Below, piece after piece: positions 50,274 through 62,632 of a stretch of 64,000 nucleotides of DNA. The position numbers and the translations under genes are program-made. This stretch comes from Lobosporangium transversale (lineage: Eukaryota), in the NCBI RefSeq assembly GCF_002105155.1, contig NW_019028979.1, positions 868,001 through 932,000 of the forward strand, given 5' to 3'. Position 1 is the stretch's first letter. Each line of letters opens with the position of its first letter. The notes under the pieces are model-generated. The model did not search any database. It worked only from the letters and a program-made list of their open reading frames with translations, and had not been told where the DNA came from.

Positions 50274-51797
50274 ATGAACAATCTAAAAGTGAATCCTTTG
50301 GAACTCCCAGAAATCATCTTGCTTCTTGGTGACTTTCTCGAGCGAAATGACCTCCTGAACTGCATCCGCGTCTCCAAGACTTTTCATAGCACCCTTATCA
50401 GGCGTATATGGAAAGACATCCGTGTCGTCGTACCTGATTCCGTATATCCTACTGGCGAAACACTACAGAAACACAAGAAATACATTGAAGCGATAACATT
50501 TCGAAGTGATAATTTTGCAGACCTAATGAAATGTTTTGACATTCCATACGAGTATTGGTCATTGCAGGGATGTGATCGCCTCCAGTTCATCGCATTCGAA
50601 GGATGGGGGCACGAGCCGAATGACGATTTGAAACCCCTCCTCAAGAACCACAGCTCTACCATCACCAAACTTTGCTTGTACGATGCTGAAACATCGCGTG
50701 AACTCTGGGAGACATTGCTGGGATGTACCAACCTCGAGCATCTAGAAGTATCTTCCGTAGATATAGACGACGAAATCGATGTATTCCTCCAAGTGTGCAA
50801 GAAAATTAAGTACTTGTACTTGAATGGACTATCCTTAAACCGGCTACCTGCCAGCTTCCTTAGTAATGAGGACAGTGATTATAATCTCTCGAATATTCAC
50901 ACACTAAGTCTTAAGAACATCCGAATATTCAGCCATGACTCGTACAGATCAGCATATTACTTTGGGGCCTTGCTCAGAAGATGTTCAGGATTGCGTGTAC
51001 TGGAATCCCGATATGTGCAAAGCAGCGATAGTTTCTACAAGGAAGCATTCCTTCAGCATCCCTGGACTCAGGATAACTTGTCAGAGCTGATTTTGATTAA
51101 CGCGCAGTTAAAAGACGAGAGCACGGCGAGATTCCTCAGACGGATGCCTGGGTTAAAACGGTTAGACATCCCTCGCTGTGAGCTCGGTCAGCTCTCTCTG
51201 CAGGTATTACTATCTGAGAAGCAAGAGACTTTTGATAATGGACAAATGGTATGGAAGACAAGGCCGCAGAAGCTTTGTGAGACTGTTGAAAGATTGGTGT
51301 TCAATGTGCGCGGTACCGATGTGGATGGGATTGCTCAAGCTATTTTATCCAATTGTCCACGCCTGAAGAAGTTTGTGGGACCTAAAATCACCATGACGGA
51401 GATTGCCAATGGAGCAGAATGGGTGAGCACTGGATTGACCGAATTGACTGTTTATCTGGAGGTAGACATTGATCAAGAGACTCCCGATGGCATAGAGAAA
51501 ACACGTAGTGTCTTTAAGCAACTTGGAAAATTGACTCAACTACGGTTTCTTAAACTAACAGAGTGGTACTCAAGCAATAGTAGAACGCGGACGCTGGATT
51601 TGAGACTAAGAACTGGTCTAGATGAGCTAGCTAACCTGAAGAGGCTGCGTGAACTATCGTTCAACAATGATGATCGCCAGGAAATTGATTTCGAGGAAGT
51701 GACATGGATTGTGAACAATTGGCCAAGAATCGAGTACTGGAATGGCGAGTTGGTGTATAACTTACGTAAGCGGCACAATATAAAGATTAGCAGATAA
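50274..51797 (+). CDS. F-box/LRR protein, intact, intronless, ~507 aa
   Basis: MNNLKVNPLELPEIILLLGDFLERNDLLNCIRVSKTFH. Close paralog of the 45555 gene, sharing ~390 bp of upstream sequence. Confidence 0.9.
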   Translation: MNNLKVNPLELPEIILLLGDFLERNDLLNCIRVSKTFHSTLIRRIWKDIRVVVPDSVYPTGETLQKHKKYIEAITFRSDNFADLMKCFDIPYEYWSLQGCDRLQFIAFEGWGHEPNDDLKPLLKNHSSTITKLCLYDAETSRELWETLLGCTNLEHLEVSSVDIDDEIDVFLQVCKKIKYLYLNGLSLNRLPASFLSNEDSDYNLSNIHTLSLKNIRIFSHDSYRSAYYFGALLRRCSGLRVLESRYVQSSDSFYKEAFLQHPWTQDNLSELILINAQLKDESTARFLRRMPGLKRLDIPRCELGQLSLQVLLSEKQETFDNGQMVWKTRPQKLCETVERLVFNVRGTDVDGIAQAILSNCPRLKKFVGPKITMTEIANGAEWVSTGLTELTVYLEVDIDQETPDGIEKTRSVFKQLGKLTQLRFLKLTEWYSSNSRTRTLDLRLRTGLDELANLKRLRELSFNNDDRQEIDFEEVTWIVNNWPRIEYWNGELVYNLRKRHNIKISR

Positions 51798-53211
51798 ACT
51801 GAGGAAGCAAAGAGATGCAACATCTATTCGTGGATGGTGTCTGCCTTCCAATGCACATTTGCTCGATAGGATGGTGATGATAGTGATAAGGGCAGTCATC
51901 GTCATAAAGAAGCATTAGAAACTAAAACAACTAGGATATACATAGCTTCATAAGTAATGAATATCAGGAGGCTTTTACATATCAAGTATATACTTCTTTG
52001 TACACAATGCTTCGATTGTGGTTATTTAGCTCAGGAACGCCTCATCTACATGTATTTATATTCACTCTTATCCAAATAATGAATGTTTAGCCAAGTGTAC
52101 ATCTCAATTCATTTCTGTGAGAGAGGACGATTGATGCGCCTGAAAAAAAGTAATGAATGATTTTTTTTTTTTTTTTTTTTTTTTTTGTTTAATAATTAGG
52201 GGAAACAACTCATATGCAGCATACATGAAGACCTTACCTAATCCATGAACGACTACATCTTTGTTAAAGAGCCTGGTGCTTTGGAATGTAACTGTATGAG
52301 GAAAAACGGAAAGAAAGGAATTTAAGGAATTTTGATTTGACTTCTGACAGTGCTTTCTCGGTTATCCGTTTAGGAAACCGAAACCGGACGAAGAGTTCAG
52401 CTTAGTGGAGCTGTAATAAAAATATAAAAGACGTAATTGACGCCAATTAATGCTTACCAGGCAAGGACCATAAGTCATGTAATCAATTTTTAACGGTTAC
52501 CCTCACCAGGGGATGTGCTCGTCGTTTGTGTCGCGCATCGTGGTAGATGTTCAATATTTTGATACCACGCAAAAACTGAAACAGAAGCACAAAAGTGAAG
52601 GGTATGGGTAAATAAAGTCAGTTAGAGGATTAATCTTTTACAAATGGTCTTTAGGTTAATTTGGGCTTGGTCCCAGAGAGAAACGATCAGGTCGTTGGGG
52701 GGGGTTTTTTTTTTCTCCTCCCAATCCAAAAACAACATTGGAGAGCTCATTTTCCTTTCTAATCATAAATGCTTTAATGAGATGTCCAACGAAGAGCTTT
52801 ATCCTTGAATCCATTTATTTTCTCCATCAGCTTTATGCAAGGTAAATACTAAGGAGCACGTAGACCAAATTTCAGATTTATCCTTGCCGCCGTTAATGTA
52901 CGATGTGCGAAGAAAGAAAATAGGATAATGAAGCAAGTGATTCCTCGGGACGTAACAGTCATGAGAGCGTTTCATATCACCGCCCCATGATTGCCAAGCG
53001 GTGTTGGTCTGGCAAATTGACGGAGTAGCTCTTTACCAACGCATTTTTTTCATCCTTTCTGTGGACTGGAAAAGGACGAACAACCCAGCGAGCGACCTGA
53101 ATAAACAAGTCGATAAGATGACAGAGGCGGTCAGTAGTTTACCTGATATCCAATTGTTCTGACTTATTTTTGATATACTGATCTTACATTATGTCGGAAA
53201 CTTCGTATTTG

Positions 53212-53243
<32 letters not shown>

Positions 53244-53507
53244 TGCACACAGTCTGGTATTCATAGAACTTGAAATTAATACGGAACCCATTAACTAAAA
53301 TGCAACATTCAACAAAGCAGTCGTATCTCAAAACATTTGCCAACTCTAACGCCTTCAGGATTCTCCTCGCAAAATAGTGGCATACTCATACTCTTGCTTA
53401 TATTTCGCATATGACATAGTTAAAGTTCGTGATTGGTGGTGACGCTACCACGTAATCTGTGTCTTCATACATCCCATCTCCATCAGCATCATCATCTCTC
53501 TCTGCAG

Positions 53508-55061
53508 ATGGGCAACATCAAGTTGAATCCCTTGGATATTCCAGAAATCATCTCACTCGTTGGCAGCTCCCTCAGTAGAAAAGACCTTCTGGCCTGTATC
53601 CGTGTCTCGAGGACTTTTCAAAGTGCACTTATCAGATTCATATGGAAGTCAATCACTGTCAAACTCCTTGTGAAATCCAAATTCAGATACCCCATTGGCG
53701 AAGCACTGCAGAACAACAAGAAGTACATTGAAGAAATTCTATTTGCAGGCGATTTCCCAAAGGAGTATGAGTCGTTGCAGGGATGCACTCGCCTCCAGTA
53801 CATCAGATACATAAGAGCATTGGAGCAAAAGCCAACTGGGTTTTGCAACTTCATCAAGGCACACAATTCCACCATCACCAAGCTTTACTTGGGTAATCCT
53901 TTATCTTCACAAGAGCTTTGGGAGGCAGTGCTAGGATGCGCTAATCTCGAGCGTTTAGAATTGTCTCGGATACACTTCTATGAGGCAACTGACCTGTTCT
54001 TTCTGCTCTGCAAGAAAGTTAGGCACCTGCGCCTGGATAGGATATTCATAAACCAGCTACCTACCAACTTCCTGAGTAATGAGGCCAGCGGATACTTTTT
54101 CCCAAACATTCGCACACTAAATATGAAAGATGTCAAGATAATCAACCCTCCACATCCGTGCACGTCATCATATTGCTTCGGCATGTTAGTCAGGAGATGC
54201 CCAGGATTGTGTGCGCTGGAATTTCTCGACGGCGCCGAGCTTACGGAAGATGAACAACCAGCCCACAGTGGCTTCTACAGGGCGGCTTTCCTTCAGCATC
54301 CCTGGACGCTAGCAAGTTTATCTGATTTATCTATTCCTTACTTGAACATAGAAGATGAGGATATGGCAGTACTTCTCAAACAGATGGCTGAATTAAAACG
54401 GTTAAATGTTCCAGCTTGTGAGTTCGGCCAGCTTTCCCTGAAGGAATTACTAGCGGACAAGCAAAGTATGCAGGATAATGGACAGATGGTACAAAAAGCG
54501 AGGCTGCGGAGGCTCTGCGAGACAGTTGAGGATTTGGTGCTCAGGGGGTATAGTCGTGGCATTGCTCAAGCTATTTTATCAAATTGCCCACGACTGAAGC
54601 GCCTGACGGGACTTTTAATAACAGTGACAGAGATTGCCAATAGAGCAGAATAGGTGAGCACTGAACTGGGCCACTTGGTTCTCTATCTTGAGGCAGACGT
54701 TGATCAAGAGACCGCAGAAGGCATGGCAAGGTCACGGATTGTGTTCAGACAACTAGGGAAATTGACCCAACTACAACATCTTAACTTAACGCGGTGGAGC
54801 CCAAGGAATGATGGAGGAAGGACACTGGACTTGAGGCTAAGAGCAGGTCTAGATGAGCTAGCCAACCTGAAGAGACTGAGTCGGCTCGAGTTCGTAGATA
54901 GCGGTCGCTATCGAATGCAACTTGAGGATGCGACATGGATCGTGAACAATTGGCCAAACATCAGACTCATTCGATGCAACATGAACACTGAGCAAAATGA
55001 GGATGGCCATAATTTGGGTTCTGATTTACTTAAGGCGCACGGTATAAATATTGACAACTAG
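53508..55061 (+). pseudogene. F-box/LRR gene interrupted by one in-frame TAG (54651-54653)
   Basis: ORFs 53433-54653 and 54654-55061 are in the same frame. TAG replaces the conserved Trp of AEWVST; the gene is otherwise full length. Confidence 0.85.
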
Positions 55062-58000
55062 ACTGAAGAAGTAAATAAATCTATTGCCAGCCCTAGCCTT
55101 GAATGAAGAACATGGTCCTTGAATATGAATCTTGCGATGCGCATCCATTTTTACTAATTATGGTGAACGAGCTTAGTGATCATAATAACATAACTGTAAG
55201 GACCATAAAGTATTGCAGCGTTGTAAAATAAAAAGTCAAAGTGTAGGAAGATTTCCCAATAAAAAAAAGTCTAAACTCGGATTTGTGTCTTAAAAGCGTC
55301 GTTCCAACGGGTTGCCCACTTCGTCTGTGGTAATGATACTTTCTGCTTTCTTCTCTCCGTTTTGTCTCTTCTATGTAATCTTTTCCTCCTTGCCTTTTCT
55401 TCCATCCTGTTCATCTAAATTGAGCAAGAGAGAGTCCCGTAGATGGGGCCTAAAGAATTTCTCATGGCTCTCCTCATCATGAGAGAGAGGGGAGGATCTT
55501 TGTCACTCACTTGAGCCCTCATGCTTGAATAAGCGGTTTGCAACGAGTAGGTTTCCAGAATTGAGTCCAGGTAAGAAACACCGGTGGTGTTTTGAACATG
55601 CATTAAAGAAGTCGATTTGCGAGTTGAAAAAAAAAAAAAAAAAAAGCACTTGAAGGGAATGCTGCGCTTGAATATTTGAACGGTAGAAAAAATTAAATAG
55701 TACCAAGAAAGAAAGGCAGGAAAGAAAAAATATACGTGACCATAGGTTAACTTTGAGTACTATAGGTTATCATTATCAACTATTACTAACTATCTAATAT
55801 CAGCAAATACATCTTGTCACCCTGCAGCTTTAGAAACTTTTTTTTTTTTTTTTTTCTTTTTTTCTAGGGTCTCTTGGGTTTGTGAATGAAGTTTTTTGCT
55901 CCATTCATGTTGGTATAAAACTCAAAGATTAACTTTATAGATCAACACATTAGGCTTAAAATGGAAAACTTCTATCCATTTTGATGTAGGGGGAAGGGGG
56001 CGGAAAAGTGGAAACAAATTTAGTGGATGTAATGTTTATCCACCAATCCAATCAGTGACAATGAAAAGGACAGCATAGAAAAACGCGTTCTGCATAGTTG
56101 GTGTACATGTAACATGTACATGCACATGCTCATGTAAATTATCACGCCGCTGTAAAGTAGGAAGGGGACAAGGGGGCAGATAAGGTTGCTGAGAGGAGAG
56201 GAAAGAGATCACAAAGTTCACAAAAGTCATGGAGACTATGAAAGTTCTATTCAAAGGAAACTCCCACACTCCAATACTCTGGACCAAAAAATACATGTAA
56301 GCTTCAGCACGAATCCCTTAAGACGAACCTTCGGCCTGAGCTTCAAACAAAGGACGTTATCATTTCTCTCTCTCTCTCTAAAATAAGATTTAGTTTTCTT
56401 TTGTAACTCATGTACACATTCCAATTCTGCCGCGGAATAAAATAAAGGAAAGGAAAGGAAGGAAAAGAAAATGCTATGTGTGTTTGCATAAAAAATCTGC
56501 ACGGAAGCATTTTTGGGACGACCTTTTTACGTTTAAACCAATGCGCGTATAATGCAAAGTTACATCGAGGATGTTGATCGTCCCCTGCCCCCCTCGCTGC
56601 TCCCTTACTGTTTACTAAACATGTATAACTCTCATCTCTTGAGCCTACTTACATGTAGTCTTTTTTTCGGCAATGCGGTTATTGAAACAAATAAGAGACA
56701 ACAAAAAATCCTTTTGCCGAACAAAGAACAAAGTGTATCTATTTAGATGGACGGGACAAACAAACAAAAACACAGGAAATAAGCATCTGCATGGCATGCA
56801 TGACTTTGGATATTCTACTACAGATGATGAACTGGACCCACAGCTCTAGTGTGGTACAATGCCAAAAAAAAAAAAAAAATTCTCCCTGACCGGCCAATGT
56901 CCATGTCCCGTTCCCTCTGCCTGTCCCCTTTTAGTTTTGTACTCCAATACTATTTTTTTTTTTTTACATGTTTTCCATGCAGGTACAGATTGCCATCACA
57001 TCAATGCAATTCGCTAATAAAATTCCTTCTTAAAAGACCGATAAATTGTGGATTAATTGTATCAAGTGGCGAGATCCAAATTGTTGCTCCCGTTTTTTCT
57101 TTGAAGAGAATGGATCAACAAGCATTCTGTTTAGAAATATGTGAGCCAAAAAGGCGATTAACCCGATTGCCACCACATTCCACATACACCTTGGCCTCCT
57201 TAAATCTCATTGCTCTCTTTTTTTTTTTTTTTTTTTTTTTTTCTTTTTTTTCTTATTCTTAATCTTAATGAAACTTTTTGGGTCGTACAGTTGTACGGTT
57301 GTACAGAAGGCCACATCCAAAGTATAGTAGAACGGCCATTCGATTATAAGCTCGCATTCAGAAAATCGATTCCGCTTTCCCCAACTTTCTAAATGAACTT
57401 TTTTTTTTTTTTTTTTTTTTTTCTTTGGCTCTGTACGTACTGAATCTGTATATTTCCATCAAATCATGACCATGGTTGTACAATGCACACACTCCTTGAA
57501 ATTTTTTTTTTTTTTTTTCTTTCTCTTTTATCATCAAGTAACACCAAACAACAGTTGGTCCTTGCCTCCCCCATCCTTTTTCCCCGATCCGATTGCTAAT
57601 CCATTTGTTTGGATCAACTCTAGCCTGGATTTGCAAATTGTACATATTAGCCAATTAATTTTTTAACTTTTTTTTTTTTTTTTTTTTTCAAGGGCCCATA
57701 CTTCAAGCAAGCATATACCCACATCTGTTTGTTCACTTGAACCATTATGTATTCCATTTTGTCTCTTTTTAAGGAAGTCTAATGCTTTAATGCAGAGGGG
57801 AGGAAATAACCTTAAATCGCCGATGTAGATGTAAAGACTTTTTTTTTTTTTCTGCATTATTTTTATGTGTATCCCAATGCCTAAAAAAAAAAAAAAAAAA
57901 AAACATACACACATTGCTCAAGTTATCTGTAACCCAATGACTTTTGTGAACAACGCCGCGACCTCTTTGTTTGTTTTTTTTATTTTTTATTTTTTTATTT

Positions 58001-59177
58001 TCATGTAGAGCAGTGTGAACATGTGGACGACGACCTGTGGTGTGAAAGGTTGATGGAAGAGAAAATCATTCCACGTTCTCATCCCATCCACCATCCATCA
58101 TGGCTCTTGTGGCAACACGTACAACAAGAATCTATATCATTGAGAGCCCACTTTCCCCAAACACTTTGTACATGAAAAAATATCCATAGACACGAACAAA
58201 AAAATAAAAAATAATAAATAATAAATATAAAAAGGAGGCTCCCTGACTCCTTGTTTTATGTTGTGCAACTAATGCTCAATGTCATCCGCTGTTCATCTAA
58301 ATGTCATGTCGATAGTATATAAAAGCATTGCTTTGACACAATCAACATGTACCGTATAACATATATACATACAAAGACATCACGGGTTTATTTTATTTGC
58401 ACCCAAAAAAAAAAAAAAAAAACCTGCTCGAGCCCCTACATGAACTTCATACAGCCGACTTTGAAGGTAGATGGTGGTGCTCCTTACTTCGCGTTATCAA
58501 AATAGGGTCAACAAAAGAGTCAGTCAGCTGCTCTGCGTCGATGTACACACACCCAACTAGAAAATCAAAGAAGTTAAGGAAATACCTCTATCTCTTTTCC
58601 TTATTTTTTCCTTGGTCAAACCCCTATCGTCACTTATCCAGTGGACAATGCTCTCCTTGTTTTTTATATATATATATATATATTTATTATTATTTTTTTC
58701 CGACATTTAAAAAGATGGTCGGTCGATTTACTAATCTCTCTCCCTCACTTTTTTTACTGCTGTTGTTACTGTTATCACTGTTTTCTACAGAATTGATAAA
58801 CATTTACACATTTACAAATATTTTTTTTTTTTTTTTTTTTTGTGCTGCTTGCTTGTAACTGACAATTTTTATTTATTTATTTATTTATTTATTACAGTTG
58901 GGGGTTTTTTTTTTGTCTGTGCAACAAAAACAACAATTACAAAAAAGATATATCGGATATGTTTGAAAGATATGTATAAATGTATACGTTTATATATATT
59001 AGGTATATATATATATTAGTCTTCTTAAAATACTCTGTCCAATTCAAAAGGTCAACAACTGCGCACAGGCCACGCCACCAAACCTTAAATTTATTTTTCC
59101 CTTTTAGTCTGGTCCTGAAGGCAGTCGCACGGTTTCGATTGGTCCTCCTCTCCACACACACCCCATCTCTCTCTCTG

Positions 59178-59211
<34 letters not shown>

Positions 59212-60479
59212 CTTTATTCCTGTGGTCTCTTTATATATTTTGATGCGTTGCCATGCATGTCATTTTAAACTATGTCTGTGCCTTGCCTTCTACCAATATG
59301 CAATGCATAGGCTCCATGCAGGCTGGACATATCCCTATTTCTTTTCTCTTCTTTGCCCTTTCATTGAGTAAGAGGAGCAAAGAGGAGAATATATAATGAT
59401 AATAATAATAATAATAAAAATAGTGAGCATGGAAGGATTCAACAGAAGGAAAAAAAAAAAAAAAAAAAAAAAAAAGAGAGTAGAGAGAAATAAATAGAGA
59501 AACATATAGAGAGACAGGGAGAGAAAGAGAGAGGCAGAGAGACACAGAGAGAGAGAAAAGAAACTTGACTACTCTCCTTCTCCCCCCCCCCCCCCCTACC
59601 TCCCCTTGCTCCTCTTACTTCATTAATAATAACGACATCCACCACCTGCTTTTGTTTTAGCTCAAGTGTGTGTTGTGGGCGCGTGGCGCACTCTCAAGGA
59701 TTTTTTTTTCGATTTCCATCTAAACATAAGATCATGCCTTTTTGCGTTATTCCTGCATAACAATTGTCTTGTAAAAAAAAGAAAAAAAGGGTAAACATAT
59801 ATATATATATATATATATATACCATTACAAAGCGATGCGATGCTCTTCTTCTTCTTCTTCTTTAAAAAAATAAAATAAAATCTATACATCTATATGGAGA
59901 TATACCACCACTATTAGATTACCATTTATTTCCTACCTGTCTGTCTTTTTGTTTTTATGTTTTATGGCTCACAGGCGACCAAGCATATATAACATAGCAT
60001 AAAACAGGTAGGAACATTGAAACGTACAGCAGCACCTTAAACCCGATGTAAAAATAAAAAAAAAAAAAAAAGTATCTGCAGCAAGTGAGGGCCTAGGTTA
60101 GGAAAAATAAAAAAGCTTTTTTTGTTCATTTTGCTCTCAAAAAAAAAAAAAAAAAAAAAAAAGGAGATCGCAACAAATGTGTGGAGAAAAAAAAAAAAAA
60201 AAAAAAAAAGTTGAACAGAGGCAAATAAACAAATGAGGCAAATTGAAGACAAACAAAACGATGTCATGTTATGGATGGCAGTACAGACAATGATTGACAG
60301 TAGAGTTCAAACCATGATCAACATTTAGACTGGATCTTTTTAGCAGATGGAACAGTCTGACAGTTTTTTTGTAAACATGTCACCTGTGCAAGCATATAAC
60401 ATGGACTGCATCTCCTCTTTTTCATCTTTTCCTCTTTCTCATAATCGCGGTACAGCAGTAGTTATCGCAGAAGGAAAGG

Positions 60480-60514
<35 letters not shown>

Positions 60515-62598
60515 ATTTGGGAGCCAGGTTGAGGATGAGCTTGGCTTTGAAGGAAATGGAAGAGCATCTTTGAGTTTTCATCCACACCTCTTCTTTACTT
60601 GACCCACATTTTCATATACTTTCTATTCTATTATTTTACTCAGCCATAATACTTTGAAATCTAGGCAAAAGGACTTTTTCGTGAAGATCAATTAGGACGG
60701 GAAAACAAAAAAAAAAAAAAAAAAAAAAAAGTTTCACCACGCTCTCTCCTGGATTGGATTGCAAGACAAATCAAACTAACTTCTCATTGATCAATTCGCA
60801 AATCCATTTATTAGATCCTTTGCATAAAAAAGAAAAAAAGATCTAATGACTAATGTCTTTTTTACGCTTATTACTTAATATCTACAGCCCGAGCTAGCTA
60901 ATGCAAGTGTATGTATATCGTTTCAGCATTTAACATTTAGCCATTTAGCATACAGCATATAGCATATTACATTAAGCATATGTAGCATATGTATGGTATA
61001 TATATATATATATACAGTATATATTTATATTTATATTTATATGACAGATGTCCGAATGAGAGCAACGAAGTGAGTCTCTTGCCCTCAATAAATTTTACTT
61101 CATACAAAATCATCAGTAAGCGTTGAAGATCACGATATATATGTAGAATGGAGCGGAACAAGGAAGGCTCCTCTTAGACTTGTCAGCCAAAGTTGTTCAT
61201 TATGAAATTTTGCTGCTAGATGACCAGAAGACCAGAGTATAAAGTCTTTTGCTCTCTTTTGGACAAGCAAGAAAAAAGAAAAAAAAAAAAAAAAAAAAAA
61301 AAGAGTAGCTTTAGTCTCAAGAGCCCAAGAAAGTGGAAAAATAGATCTCGTGAACAAAAAAGACTCCAGCCTGGATTGTCATGCTCCTATTTTCCTACTT
61401 GCCCAACGTAGTGGTTTGGGGAGAGGAGGAGGTGCCGGAGGTGAGTATAGGAAGGATCGGAGATATTAATAAAAAAAAAAAAATAATAAAAAAAAAGTTG
61501 ACTATCCCATCATATGTCGTCATAGATCGTCAACGGTGGTCGCCAGAAAAAAGAGAAGAAGGAGATGGAAAAAGATGCTCTTTTTTTTTTTTTTTTTTTT
61601 CTGTAATACGACCTTTTTTTTATTATTATTATTATTTTTTTTTTTTTAGATCAATGCAAAGAAAAAAAAAAAAAAAAAAAAAACGCGTTGACGTGTTTAA
61701 AAAAAAGGGTGACATTTATTTACCAGATTTGACAATTGTCGCCTCCTATTGTTTGAACTAAACTAAAAAAAAAAAAAATCCGACTCGATCCAAAGAGTGG
61801 CCAGGTTGTCAGGATAGGATAGGATAGGATAGGAGGAGAAGGAAGGTCTAGCTAAATAAAAACAAAGTTGCATTTATACTCTGGATCGATCATACGCCAC
61901 CATTTCGTTATCCTGCCTACTCCTCTCTTTCTCTCTCTCTCTCCATCTCTCTTTTCTGGGCTAAGTGGGCTTTTGGCTAATTGGTTCCACTCACAGTGTT
62001 GCAGGAAATATAACATTGTCAGACAATTTACTTGACTAACGTTACTTTTCATTCATCTCTGACAAAAAAATAAAAAATAAAAAATAGAAACCTTGATCGC
62101 GCGTTATAATAAGAATAAAAGTATATTTCCGTTGTTTATGTCTTTCATCCTCGTTGCATGACTTTGAGGAAAGGATAAAGAAGTTCTTTTGGGTCAGATC
62201 TATACTAAACTTGGCCTAGAAAAGAAAGGAAACAAAATAAAATAAAACTCCATCTTACAAGCTCCTTCTTGTTCTGAATTGGATCGGAGTAAAATTGTTT
62301 TTTTTTCCTCTTTTCTTTTCTCCAATGCCATGGCTAGTATGCCTACAATACTTTTATATACTATGACTATGGTGTAGTATAATATATATGATAAATAGAG
62401 CGAGCTGTTTGTTTTTATGATCATTGCTACGATTTGTCAATCGTCATGGTGATGATAAGTTTATTTTCTCCCTTTATCTTAGTAGGTTTTTATTTTCTTT
62501 TCTTTTATTTATTTATTTTTCAAAGACATGGTTTGTCCCCCCTCTTCTCTCCCTGTCGTTCATTGTCCCCTTGACTTTCTTTTACCTAATAAAAAACG

Positions 62599-62632
<34 letters not shown>

